This document shows, one piece after another, positions 18,012-30,188 of a DNA stretch of 64,000 nt. The notes under the pieces were generated by a model. That model saw nothing but the letters and a program-made list of their open reading frames with translations. It had not been told where the DNA came from and ran no database searches. The DNA lies in assembly GCA_040385465.1 (NCBI GenBank), contig JAZKHH010000009.1:1449-65448 (forward strand), read 5' to 3'. Position numbers and translations under genes: made by a program. Source of the stretch: Pseudomonadota bacterium (GTDB lineage Bacteria; Pseudomonadota; Gammaproteobacteria; Burkholderiales; Burkholderiaceae_C). Within the stretch, counting starts at the first letter, position 1, and every line of letters begins with the position of its first letter.

Positions 18012-18578
18012 ATGGCACACCCCAAAAAATCCCGAAGCGCCGACAGGCTCGAGCATGACGCCCGCTTGGAGCTGATCGACCGCTTTTACACCGCTTTGGC
18101 CCAAGGCGATGCCGAGGCCATGGCGGCTTGCTATCACAAGCAAGTTCATTTCAGCGACCCGGTGTTCGACCTGCATGGGCGGGCCGCTGGCGAGATGTGG
18201 CGTTTGTTGTGCAGCCGTGGGCGCGACCTGCGCGTCAGCCACGACAAGCCGCGGGTCGAGGGCGGCGTCGTGCGCGTCCGCTGGCAGGCCCGTTACGCCT
18301 TCAGCGGCACGGGCCGCAAGGTCCACAACGTGATCGAGGCCCGTTTTCAGTTTGACAACGGCCTGATCGTGCGCCACGTCGACCGCTTCAACTTCTGGCG
18401 CTGGTCACGCCAGGCCTTGGGGCCCATCGGCTGGCTGCTCGGCTGGTCCGGCATGCTGCGCAACAAGGTCCGCCGCAAGGCCGCCAAAGGCTTGGCTGAA
18501 TTTTCTGCCGGCCCGGCCCGATCGGACCGGCACGGCGTGCGGGAGCGTGATGTGCAAGAGGGCTGGCGTCAGCAGTGA
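18012..18578 (+). CDS. NTF2/SnoaL-like domain protein
   Basis: LIDRFYTALAQGDAEAMAACYHKQVHFSDPVF...ARFQFDNGLIVRHVDRFNFW. The start is uncertain: TTG 17982 overlaps the MFP stop, and ATG 18012 has no SD. Confidence 0.6.
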   Translation: MAHPKKSRSADRLEHDARLELIDRFYTALAQGDAEAMAACYHKQVHFSDPVFDLHGRAAGEMWRLLCSRGRDLRVSHDKPRVEGGVVRVRWQARYAFSGTGRKVHNVIEARFQFDNGLIVRHVDRFNFWRWSRQALGPIGWLLGWSGMLRNKVRRKAAKGLAEFSAGPARSDRHGVRERDVQEGWRQQ

Positions 18579-18587
18579 GTTGCACGC

Positions 18588-18605
18588 CTGCCCTCGTCAG
18601 GGCAG
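18588..18605 (+). terminator. Hairpin after the NTF2-like gene
   Basis: CTGCCCT-cgtc-AGGGCAG, 10 nt after the stop. The tail is only mildly T-rich. Confidence 0.4.
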
Positions 18606-18824
18606 ATTCGCTTGTATTCAAGCAAAACGCAAATCACAGTCAAGGACTTGTTCTCCAGGATCGCAGGACGCTGATGACTTCCCCGGTCTTTGGGCAGCTT
18701 GAAGCTTTGCGCTATCGGGGCTGAGGCAGGGCATTCTTCTCTGTCTGTTCAAAGACAAGCCCCCAAAGCAATCGCTCAGCGCGAGGGTGTGCTTGACCAG
18801 CGGCACGACAAGCGTCACGCCGTG

Positions 18825-19508
18825 TCACTTCCGCGCTTCGCTCCTCGTCGACGCGAAGACGCTGCGCCCCAGCCAGCGCCAAAGCTGTTGCCCCTGTCGG
18901 CCCGCACCCTGGACCGTCAGCGCGCCTGTGCGAATCTCATCCTCAGGAGCGCTGTCGCCAGTCCATATCTCAGTGAGAGCGCGCACCGTCGATTCGACGA
19001 TCACTGTCACGTCGTGCCCGGGATCATCGCGGCACAAATCGGCGGTGTGGTCCTGCACGACCAGCCACCACAAGCGCTCTGTCGCCGGTGCATCGAGAAA
19101 CCGAAAGTGCACCACCGTTCGGGCCTCTGGAAAGTCATCGATGCGCGCAAACCGTCGGATGTCCCACATCAGAAAGCCGGCATCCAGCTGCTCTTTGCGC
19201 AGGCGGCTGCCGATCCAGCGCGCCCCCCAGTGGCCGATGCCCAGCACGATCGGGCGCAGCTCTTCACCCGCTTGCGTGAGGTGGTACTCCCATCCCTTGT
19301 CCACCTTGCGTCGCTCGACCACGCCGATCGCTTCTAGCTTGCGAAGTCGCTGCGTGAGCAACGTCGCCGACATGCGCGGCACGCCCCGGTGGACATCGTT
19401 GAAGCGATGGCTGCCGCAGAGCAGCTCACGCACGACGAGCGGCGTCCACAATTCGCCCAGCACCTCCGCGCCACGCGCCACCGTACAGAACTGCAAGTAG
19501 TCGGTCAT
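18825..19508 (-). CDS. HxlR-family winged-helix transcriptional regulator with a C-terminal extension
   Basis: CTVARGAEVLGELWTPLVVRELLCGSHRFNDVHRGVPRMSATLLTQRLRKLEAIGVVERR matches the HxlR HTH pattern. Divergent from a methyltransferase gene. Confidence 0.85.
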   Translation of the reverse strand: MTDYLQFCTVARGAEVLGELWTPLVVRELLCGSHRFNDVHRGVPRMSATLLTQRLRKLEAIGVVERRKVDKGWEYHLTQAGEELRPIVLGIGHWGARWIGSRLRKEQLDAGFLMWDIRRFARIDDFPEARTVVHFRFLDAPATERLWWLVVQDHTADLCRDDPGHDVTVIVESTVRALTEIWTGDSAPEDEIRTGALTVQGAGRQGQQLWRWLGRSVFASTRSEARK

Positions 19509-19634
19509 GCGTCAGTGTAGGCCGAAGGACCATCGGCGGCCACTCCAGAATCTGGACTTGAGCCTCCCTGCGACAACACCTACTGTGGCGCCTGCCGTGC
19601 ATTTCGCATGGTCTCGTGATCAAGGAGATTCACC

Positions 19635-20522
19635 ATGACCGCTGTCATCACTCGCCCAGGGTTGGCTTCTGCATTCGACCCCGAAAAATTCCGCACCACC
19701 ACCCGCGCGCAGTGGGAACACGCCGCCGAGGCATGGGACCGGTGGACACCGTTGCTCAACCGCTGGCTCGGTGCCGCCACAGAAGCGATGCTCGACGCCG
19801 CACGTGTCGGGCCAGGATCACGGGTGCTCGACATCGCCGCGGGCGCAGGCGATCAAACCATCGCTGCCGCGCGCCGCGCTGGATCGACCGGCCACGTGCT
19901 GGCGACCGACCTCTCGCCAACCATCCTCGGCTACGCGATGGCAGCTGCGCAGAAAGAAGGACTCTCGAATGTGGCGGTGCGCGAGCTCGATGGAGAGCGC
20001 CATGATGTCCTGCCCGCGGAATCCTTTGATGCGGCGATCTCTCGCGTTGGACTGATCTATTTTCCGGACCAGCAGCGCGCATTGGCCGGGATCCGCCACG
20101 CGTTGAAACAGGGTGGACGCTTCGCTGCCGTTGTGTACTCCACGCCCGAGAAAAATGCTTTTTTCGCGTTGCCCGTGGGCATCATCCGCCGCCGAGCGCA
20201 GCTGCCGTCGCCGCTGCCAGGGCAGCCGGGGCCTTTCTCCCTGGGCGGCGAAGGTGTTCTGGCAAAGACGCTCGAACAAGCCGGCTTTCGGGACGTGGAG
20301 GTCCGCCGGGTGGACTCCCCCGTGTGTCTGCCGACTGCGGCAGAGTGCGTCCGATTCGAACGCGAATCGTTTGGGGCGCTGCTGCAAATGATGAGCGGCA
20401 TGGATGACAGCGAGCGCGCTGCCACGTGGGTCGAGATCGAGCGGACGCTCACGCAGTTCGAAACCGCGGAAGGAGGGTTCACAGGTCCGTGCGAAATGCT
20501 CGTTGGAAGCGGAGCGCGTTAG
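19635..20522 (+). CDS. Class I SAM-dependent methyltransferase
   Basis: Motif I VLDIAAGAGDQT, post-I VLATDLSP, and FDAAISRVGLIYFPD. GGAG SD precedes the ATG. Confidence 0.85.
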   Translation: MTAVITRPGLASAFDPEKFRTTTRAQWEHAAEAWDRWTPLLNRWLGAATEAMLDAARVGPGSRVLDIAAGAGDQTIAAARRAGSTGHVLATDLSPTILGYAMAAAQKEGLSNVAVRELDGERHDVLPAESFDAAISRVGLIYFPDQQRALAGIRHALKQGGRFAAVVYSTPEKNAFFALPVGIIRRRAQLPSPLPGQPGPFSLGGEGVLAKTLEQAGFRDVEVRRVDSPVCLPTAAECVRFERESFGALLQMMSGMDDSERAATWVEIERTLTQFETAEGGFTGPCEMLVGSGAR

Positions 20523-20617
20523 ATCTGGGTGGCGTGCGTGCCAGCGAGTGGGCGTCCAAAACCGGTGTCAGCAAAATGGTCGTTTTCGCGCCATTGGCAG
20601 CGCCGGCACGTCGTGCT

Positions 20618-23578
<2,961 letters not shown>

Positions 23579-23623
23579 GGCGGTGTTCCTGCGACGGCGG
23601 GAAAGGAATCAGGCGGGCAAAGG

Positions 23624-23998
23624 TCAAGCAGTCTTGATCAACTGGTCGTAGTTCGTGGCATCGAGCAGGCCGTCCAGCTCCGACGGCTGCGCCACTTTGA
23701 CCTTGAAGAACCAGCCAGCGCCTTGCGGGTCGCTGTTGGCCAGCGACGGGTCGGCGCTCAAGGCGTCGTTGACGGCCACCACCTCGCCGGTGACGGGCAT
23801 GTAGATGTCGGCGGCGGCCTTCACCGATTCCACGACCCCGGCGACTTCGCCCATCTTGAACTGGCTGCCGACCTTGGGCAGGTCAACAAACACGACATCG
23901 CCCAAGGCGTCTTGCGCGTGGGGCGTGATGCCCACCACGGCGGCAGTGAGGTCCTGGATGTTGATCCATTCGTGGTCGGGGGTGAATTTCAGGCTCAT
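23624..23998 (-). CDS. gcvH: Glycine cleavage system H protein
   Basis: MSLKFTPDHEWI... and the lipoyl-lysine motif GVVESVKAAADIY. Confidence 0.95.
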   Translation of the reverse strand: MSLKFTPDHEWINIQDLTAAVVGITPHAQDALGDVVFVDLPKVGSQFKMGEVAGVVESVKAAADIYMPVTGEVVAVNDALSADPSLANSDPQGAGWFFKVKVAQPSELDGLLDATNYDQLIKTA

Positions 23999-24089
23999 GG
24001 CGGCTCCTGGGGTCAGAAATAAAAGAAGAGGAAAGAAAGGAAATCGAAAAGAGCGGGCAAGCCTCGTGCGTCGAGCAAGGCGCCAACGA

Positions 24090-25226
24090 TCAACCGCGGT
24101 GGTAGCGGTGCGGCACGAAGGGCAGGGGCGTCACCCGCATCGGGTAACGCTTGCCCCGCACCTCGGCGAACACCTCATGGGCCGCGATGGCATGGTTCAT
24201 GGGCAGGTAGGCCATGGCCACCGGTTTGTCGGCCGTCGGCGCCAACGTGCCGCTGGTCACCACGCCCAGTTGGTGGCCGTGCGCGTCGAAAAGTACGCTG
24301 CCTTCGCGCACCGGCACGCGCTCCAGCCCGACCAGGCCCACCCGTTTGTGGGTGGGGCCGCTGGCCAGTTGGATGCCGATCGCGTCGGCCCCTGGGTAGC
24401 CGCCAGCCCGCGCGCCCCCGGGGCGGCGCACCTTCTGGATGGCCCAGGTCAGGCCGGCTTCAATGGGGGTGGTGTGCGGGCCGATGTCGTGACCGTAAAG
24501 GCACAAACCGGCTTCCAGGCGCAGGGTGTCGCGGGCGCCCAGGCCGGCTGGGGCCACTTCGGCGTGCGCCAGCAGGGCGCGCGCCAGCGCTTCCGCCTGG
24601 CTGGCCAACACGGAAATCTCAAAACCATCTTCACCGGTGTAGCCGGAACGGGTGATGAAGCAGTCGATGCCGGCCAGGCTGGCATGGCAGCCGTTCATGA
24701 ACAGCATGGCCGCAGGGGCTGTGTTCAGGCGCGAGATCACGGTGGCCGCCTGCGGACCCTGCAAGGCCAGCAAAGCGCAATCCGGCAGGGCCTGGATCAA
24801 ACAACGGTGACCGATGTGGGTTTGCAGGTGCAGCAGATCCGCATCTTTGCAGGAGGCGTTGACGACCAGCAGGAAGTCGTCGGCGCGGCGTGTGAGCATC
24901 AGGTCGTCGAGCAGGCCACCATGGGCCGCGGTGAAAAAACCGTAGCGCTGCTGGCCCATGGCCATGCCTTGGATGTCGATCGGAATCAACGACTCCAGGG
25001 CCAGCGCTGCCTCGGAGCCGCTGACCCGCACCTGACCCATGTGGGACACGTCGAACAAGGCGGCGGCGCGGCGGCAGTGGGCATGCTCGGCCATGATGCC
25101 GGCGGGGTATTGCACTGGCATGGCGTAGCCCGCGAAGGGCACCAGGCGGGCGCCCAGTTCCTGGTGCAACGCGTGCAACGGCGTGTGCAACAGCGCGGCG
25201 GGTGTCGAGGAAGGGCTGGCGGACAT
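24090..25226 (-). CDS. gcvT: Aminomethyltransferase, glycine cleavage T protein
   Basis: TPLHALHQELGARLVPFAGYAMPVQY...ALFDVSHMGQV... Start chosen at ATG 25226 behind a GGAGAC SD. Confidence 0.93.
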   Translation of the reverse strand: MSASPSSTPAALLHTPLHALHQELGARLVPFAGYAMPVQYPAGIMAEHAHCRRAAALFDVSHMGQVRVSGSEAALALESLIPIDIQGMAMGQQRYGFFTAAHGGLLDDLMLTRRADDFLLVVNASCKDADLLHLQTHIGHRCLIQALPDCALLALQGPQAATVISRLNTAPAAMLFMNGCHASLAGIDCFITRSGYTGEDGFEISVLASQAEALARALLAHAEVAPAGLGARDTLRLEAGLCLYGHDIGPHTTPIEAGLTWAIQKVRRPGGARAGGYPGADAIGIQLASGPTHKRVGLVGLERVPVREGSVLFDAHGHQLGVVTSGTLAPTADKPVAMAYLPMNHAIAAHEVFAEVRGKRYPMRVTPLPFVPHRYHRG

Positions 25227-25302
25227 GGGAAGTCTCCGAGGGCATGGTGTGAACTGAACCAACAGTGCATGCCCTCGCTGTCCGCTTTACCTGAGAGATT
25301 CA

Positions 25303-25497
25303 CAAAACCGGCATCGCCGGCTTGCTTGCCCCTTCGGTGGACCCGCTCCAGGCGGGCCTCTCTCCAGTGAGGAATGCCCCGCTTGCGCGAGGCGTTGAGC
25401 CAGTCCTTTTGCCTGAGCGTTCGAAGTGTCGTGCCAACCACTCCTGCGCCTTCGGCGGTGGCGTCACCCCACAAGGGTGTCCCACGCTCTCCTGGCT
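25303..25497 (-). promoter_or_regulatory. Tandem glycine riboswitch with a short terminator-type expression platform
   Basis: The minus-strand RNA reads ...CAGGAGAGCGUGGG...CGCCGAAGGCGCAGG... (aptamer 1) and ...CUGGAGAGAGGCCCGCCUGGAGCGGGUCCACCGAAGGGGCAAGC (aptamer 2), followed by CCGGC-GAU-GCCGG-UUUU. It sits directly upstream of gcvT. Confidence 0.85.
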
Positions 25498-25625
25498 CGT
25501 GCCCCGCCGCCATCCAGCGACGAAGCGAGGGCAGTGTAGCAGCGCGCCGGGGCCCCTGGGTTGCGCTTGTCCACCTGTGTGGCAGGGGCGGCGTCGGCGC
25601 TGGGGCCACCCTGCGTCGACTCGGT

Positions 25626-27305
25626 TCACATGCTCCCGTAGTTCGGTCCGCCGCCGCCCTCCGGGGCGACCCAAACGATGTTTTGCGTCGGGTCTTTGAT
25701 ATCGCAGGTTTTGCAGTGCACGCAGTTTTGCGCATTGATCTGCAGGCGCTGGCCGCCGGTGGCCGCCGGCACGTATTCGTACACCGCGGCCGGGCAGTAA
25801 CGGCCCTCCGGGCCGGCGTAGGTGGCCAGGTTCACCTGCACCGGCACGCTGTCGTCCTTCAGGGCCAGGTGGGCCGGCTGGTTTTCTTCGTGGTTGGTGT
25901 TGCTGATGAAGACGCTGCTCAGCCGGTCGAAGGTCAGCCGCCCGTCGGGCTTGGGGTACACGATCGGCTGGCATTCGGCGGCCGGCTTCAGGCAGGCGTG
26001 GTCGGGCAGGCGGCGGTGCACCGTCCAGGGGATGCCCATGCCCAGCTTGGGCAGCAGCCACTGCTCGATGCCGGTCATCACGGTGGCGGTGTACAGGCCT
26101 TTCTTGAACCACTGCTTGAAGTTGCGCGACTGGTGCAGTTCCTTGCGCAGCCAGCTGGCCTCGAAAGCCGTCGGGTAGGCACTCAACTCGTCGTGCTGGC
26201 GGCCAGCCACGACCGCTTCGACGGCGGCTTCGGCCGCCAGCATGCCGGTTTTCAGCGCCGCATGGCTGCCTTTGATGCGGCTGACGTTCAGGGTGCCGGC
26301 CTCACAACCGATCAGGGCGCCGCCTGGAAACACGAGCTTGGGCAGGCTCAGCAAGCCGCCGGCCGTGATGGCACGCGCACCGTAACCAATGCGCTTGCCG
26401 CCCTCCAGCAGCGAGCGGATGGCCGGGTGGGTCTTCCAACGCTGCATCTCCTCAAACGGGCTGAGGTAAGGATTGCCGTAGTCCAGCCCGGTGATGAAGC
26501 CCAGGGTGACTTGGTTGTTGTCGAGGTAGTACAAAAAGCCACCGCCGTAGGTGTCGGTCTGCAGCGGCCAGCCGGCGGTGTGCAGCACGCGACCGGGCTG
26601 GTGCTTGGCCGGATCCACCTCCCACAGTTCCTTGATGCCCAGGCCATACGACTGCGGGTCCTTGCCGGCATCGAGTTGGTAACGGGCAATCAACTGCTTG
26701 CCCAGGTGGCCGCGTGAGCCTTCGGCGAACAGGGTGTATTTGGCCAACAAGGCCATGCCGAGCTGGAAGCCTTCATGCGGCTGGCCGTCCTTGCCCACAC
26801 CCAGATTGCCGGTGGCCACGCCAATCACCTTGCCTTGCTCATCGCTCAGGATCTCTGCGCCCGCGAAACCAGGGAAGATCTCGACGCCCAACGCCTCGGC
26901 TTGCTGCGCCAGCCAGCGGGTGAACTCGCCCAGGCTGATCACGTAGTTGCCATCGTTGTGGAAGCACGCGGGCAGCACGGGGCTTTTGTGGGCGCGGGTG
27001 GCGGTCAGGAACAGCATCTCGTCTTCGGTGACGGCCTGGCGCAAGGGCGCGCCGCGTTCCTTCCAATCGGGAAACAGCTCGGTCAGCGCGCGCGGGTCCA
27101 TCAGGGCACCGCTGAGGATGTGGGCGCCGGGCTCCGAGCCTTTTTCCAGCACCACCACCGACACCTCCTTGCCTTGCGCGGCCGACGCCTGCTTGACACG
27201 GATCGCCGCCGCCAGCCCGGCCGGGCCCCCACCGACGACCAGCACGTCGTAGTCCATCGATTCGCGCGGGCCGTGTTTGTCTAGCCAGGCTTGAGGAGTG
27301 GTCAT
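25626..27305 (-). CDS. Electron transfer flavoprotein-ubiquinone oxidoreductase
   Basis: FAD fingerprint YDVLVVGGGPAGLAAA, and a C-terminal 4Fe-4S region RYCPAAVYEY...INAQNCVHCKTCDIKDP. Confidence 0.93.
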   Translation of the reverse strand: MTTPQAWLDKHGPRESMDYDVLVVGGGPAGLAAAIRVKQASAAQGKEVSVVVLEKGSEPGAHILSGALMDPRALTELFPDWKERGAPLRQAVTEDEMLFLTATRAHKSPVLPACFHNDGNYVISLGEFTRWLAQQAEALGVEIFPGFAGAEILSDEQGKVIGVATGNLGVGKDGQPHEGFQLGMALLAKYTLFAEGSRGHLGKQLIARYQLDAGKDPQSYGLGIKELWEVDPAKHQPGRVLHTAGWPLQTDTYGGGFLYYLDNNQVTLGFITGLDYGNPYLSPFEEMQRWKTHPAIRSLLEGGKRIGYGARAITAGGLLSLPKLVFPGGALIGCEAGTLNVSRIKGSHAALKTGMLAAEAAVEAVVAGRQHDELSAYPTAFEASWLRKELHQSRNFKQWFKKGLYTATVMTGIEQWLLPKLGMGIPWTVHRRLPDHACLKPAAECQPIVYPKPDGRLTFDRLSSVFISNTNHEENQPAHLALKDDSVPVQVNLATYAGPEGRYCPAAVYEYVPAATGGQRLQINAQNCVHCKTCDIKDPTQNIVWVAPEGGGGPNYGSM

Positions 27306-27669
27306 GGTGTTCCTGAGGTCGGTGGGCAAGAAATGAGGGAGGAATCAAGGAAAGCAAGGGCAGGGCGGACATGAACGGCAGGCTGCCAGCCACGGCGGCA
27401 GTGACCGGCACCCCCTGATTTTGCCTACCTGAAATTTGGGGGGCCGCAAGCGGCTGTCAATCGGCGAAGTGACGCTATTTTGAAGACTGTTGGAAAACCA
27501 CTTCGTGATAGCCTGATCGCTGTGAAGGTGGCTGCCGCGGCGAGGCCGTGGTGAGACGCCTTTTGCACGTCGGCCCAGGGCCTCGCCGCAGGCGAATTGC
27601 GCCACCCGCAATGCCCGAGCGCGATGTGTGCCCATCACCGTATGGATTCCCACGCTGAAGAGGAAAAGC

Positions 27670-28452
27670 ATGAGCTACAACATTGATTTGTCAGGCCGCG
27701 TCGCCTTGGTGACCGGGGCCTCGAGCGGGCTGGGCGAGCAATTTGCGAAAACCCTGGCCAAGGCCGGTGCGGCGGTGGTCTTGTCGGGGCGGCGCGTCGA
27801 GCGCCTGAAGACCTTGCGGGCCGAGATCGAAGGCAACGGCGGCGATGCGCACGTGGTGATGATGGACGTCACCGACCCGCACAGCATCAAAGCCGGCGTG
27901 GCCCATGCCGAGACCGAAATGGGCTGCATCGACATCCTGGTCAACAACTCAGGCGTGAGCGCCAGCCAGAAGCTGACCGACGTCACCGAAGACGATTTCG
28001 ACTACATCTTCGACACCAACACCAAAGGGGCCTTCTTCGTCGCCCAAGAGGTGGGCAAGCGCATGCTGGCGCGGGCCCGGGGTGCGGCACCGGGCACCTT
28101 CACCGGTGGGCGCATCGTGAACATCGCTTCCATGGGCGGGCTCAAGCCGGTGGCCAAGGGCGGTGTCTATTGCATGAGCAAGGCGGCCGTCATCCACATG
28201 ACACGGGCCATGGCCCTCGAGTGGGGCAAATTCGGCATCAACGTGAATGCCATCTGCCCGGGCTACATCGACACCGAGATCAACCACCACCAGTGGAAGA
28301 CCGAAGCCGGCCAGCGCCTGATCGACAACCTGCCCCGAAAACGCATCGGGCAGCCGGCCGACCTGGACGCCTTGTTGATGCTGTTGTGCGCCAATGAAAG
28401 CCACTTCATCAACGGTGCGGTGGTGCAGGCCGACGACGGCGTGGGCCTGTGA
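27670..28452 (+). CDS. Short-chain dehydrogenase/reductase (SDR)
   Basis: VALVTGASSGLG cofactor motif, NNSG, and catalytic YCMSKAA. Confidence 0.9.
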   Translation: MSYNIDLSGRVALVTGASSGLGEQFAKTLAKAGAAVVLSGRRVERLKTLRAEIEGNGGDAHVVMMDVTDPHSIKAGVAHAETEMGCIDILVNNSGVSASQKLTDVTEDDFDYIFDTNTKGAFFVAQEVGKRMLARARGAAPGTFTGGRIVNIASMGGLKPVAKGGVYCMSKAAVIHMTRAMALEWGKFGINVNAICPGYIDTEINHHQWKTEAGQRLIDNLPRKRIGQPADLDALLMLLCANESHFINGAVVQADDGVGL

Positions 28453-28628
28453 GCCGGATCAAGGCCCGACGCCGGGTCATCAGGTCTGGGCAGGGGTGAA
28501 CCACGCCGCGTTGTATTGCGAAGCTGTGTCGGAACAGGAGCGCCCATGAGAAAAGGGCGCCACGCTGGAGCCCTTGATGAGAATGTGCCCCGCCGCCTCA
28601 ACGAGCAGGCCAGGGCATCCGACCGTGG

Positions 28629-29033
28629 TCAGGCTTGGATGAAGCTGTTGCGCATGCCGCGTTGGCCACTGCCGTAGGCCGAGTACACCGCCGGCACGTC
28701 GGCCGGGATCAGCACCTCGATCGCGCGGTCAAGGGCGGCGGTGGCGCGGGCCAGCGATTCCCGTTGGGCAGCGACTTGACCGCTGGCACGCACAAGGCGG
28801 TTGCGCAGGGCAGGTGACAGCGGGCCATTTTGGGCGGCGCGGGCGAAGTGGTCGATGGCCGAAGCCAATGCCTGGTGCAAGGCGGTGGCGTGCAGGTCGA
28901 TGGCGCTGGCGTCGCGCGCGTGCAAAGCCGCGCCCAAAGCCGCCAAGGTCTGCTCGACCTCATGCAAGGAAGCTTCCAGCGCCGCGTCAGTCACGGCGGG
29001 GAGGGACAAGGAGGGCGTTGACAACTTCATCAT
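28629..29033 (-). CDS. flgN: FlgN-like flagellar export chaperone (putative)
   Basis: ~135-aa helical, Ala/Leu-rich protein immediately downstream of flgM on the same strand (the flgA-flgM-flgN order known from enterics). Assigned mainly by position. Confidence 0.5.
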   Translation of the reverse strand: MMKLSTPSLSLPAVTDAALEASLHEVEQTLAALGAALHARDASAIDLHATALHQALASAIDHFARAAQNGPLSPALRNRLVRASGQVAAQRESLARATAALDRAIEVLIPADVPAVYSAYGSGQRGMRNSFIQA

Positions 29034-29180
29034 GGTGCACTCACTCACTGGAAACTACAGGGTCGAGCCACTGCTGGGCAGGCTTGGCGGCCTGCACCTT
29101 TGTGTGAACGCCCCGGCACCTGGCCGGTCACGTTCACACCACAAAGGCTGCTGCATTCGCTCATGTCGGCGTTTGCGGTG

Positions 29181-29528
29181 TCACTGCTGAGCGTTGGTCA
29201 GCAGTTCCCGGGCGTTGGCGATCAGCTTGTCGGCGATCACCTCAGCGTCGATTTTGTATGAGCCGTTGGCCAGGGAATTCGTCATCCGTGCCACTTTGTC
29301 GGCGTCGAAGTCGGCCGTGGCCTCGTTCAAGCCGCCCAGCATGGTGGACGCCGCGCTGGACAACGCCACCGTGGCACTGGCTTCGCCCGTGATCACTTGG
29401 GCAGCAGGACTGCCCTGGGCTTTGCCGGTTTCAGCCGGGGTAGGGCGTGCCGCAGCGCCGGCACCGGTGGTACCGGTCGTGCTGTTGGGGCTCGGGACGG
29501 AAGCGTCGCCATTGGGTCCGATTTTCAT
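29181..29528 (-). CDS. flgM: Anti-sigma-28 factor FlgM
   Basis: 115 aa with a disordered Gly/Thr/Ala-rich N-half and a C-terminal FDADKVARMTNSLANGSYKIDAEVIADKLI typical of FlgM. Confidence 0.85.
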   Translation of the reverse strand: MKIGPNGDASVPSPNSTTGTTGAGAAARPTPAETGKAQGSPAAQVITGEASATVALSSAASTMLGGLNEATADFDADKVARMTNSLANGSYKIDAEVIADKLIANARELLTNAQQ

Positions 29529-29575
29529 GGTGTTCTCCAGGGAAAGGATCGCCCTTTCCAGTCAACATGGTTGGG

Positions 29576-29602
29576 ATATCGACGGTCCAGGCGGGAACTT
29601 TA
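29576..29602 (-). promoter_or_regulatory. Sigma-28 (FliA)-type promoter candidate for flgM
   Basis: The minus strand reads TAAA-N15-GTCGATAT (consensus TAAA-N15-GCCGATAA, 4/4 and 6/8), ~48 nt upstream of the flgM ATG. Confidence 0.55.
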
Positions 29603-30188
29603 GGCTTTTTATGCCTCTGTTGTGTCGGCCTGAGTGTGCAGTGGCTCACAAGGACGGGCCCTGCAGGCCGGCGTGCGCACCACGGCAGCCTCCTGATTTT
29701 TGCGCTGGAAAGAACAATTTGTTGCCACTTTGCGCAGCCTTCTGACGCTGTTTTTCCTACACAGGGTTGACCTGGCTGCCGACGCCGGGCACCCCGCCCC
29801 TTCTTTACGCTACAGGCATGATGACCTTGACCCCTCCTTCGCGTCTTCACCGCTCCGCGTTTTTGGAAGTGGAACCTGGTCTCCGCATCGATGAGACGGG
29901 TTCCTCGGTTCTGATACGGAGCGCTTGTGCTGTGCACCGCCAAGTGGGCCTGTGGGCACGGCACATCGAGCAGCTTCTCTACCAGGCTTGGCGAGCCTGA
30001 GTCGGTTGTCGCATGCAGCCGGTCCAACGGCGGACCACAGCGCCAGGCTGTGGTCCTCTGTCGAGGCTGATTCACGAAACGGCTGGCGGATGCGTCCGCG
30101 GCCCCGTGCGCGCCGATGCAACCGCAGAGCGCATCGGCCAGCGCGCTTGAGCCTCAGGCACAGCATGCAAACCCCGGCGCTCAGGCGC

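Noticed and set aside
25374-26717. 447-aa plus-strand ORF
   Set aside because: Antisense shadow of the ETF-ubiquinone oxidoreductase gene. It also runs through the riboswitch region.
29818-30000. 60-aa plus-strand ORF (MMTLTPPSRLHRSAFLEVEPGL...) in the flgA-flgM spacer
   Set aside because: No Shine-Dalgarno. Third-position G+C is about two thirds by my count, well below neighbouring genes. No recognisable family.
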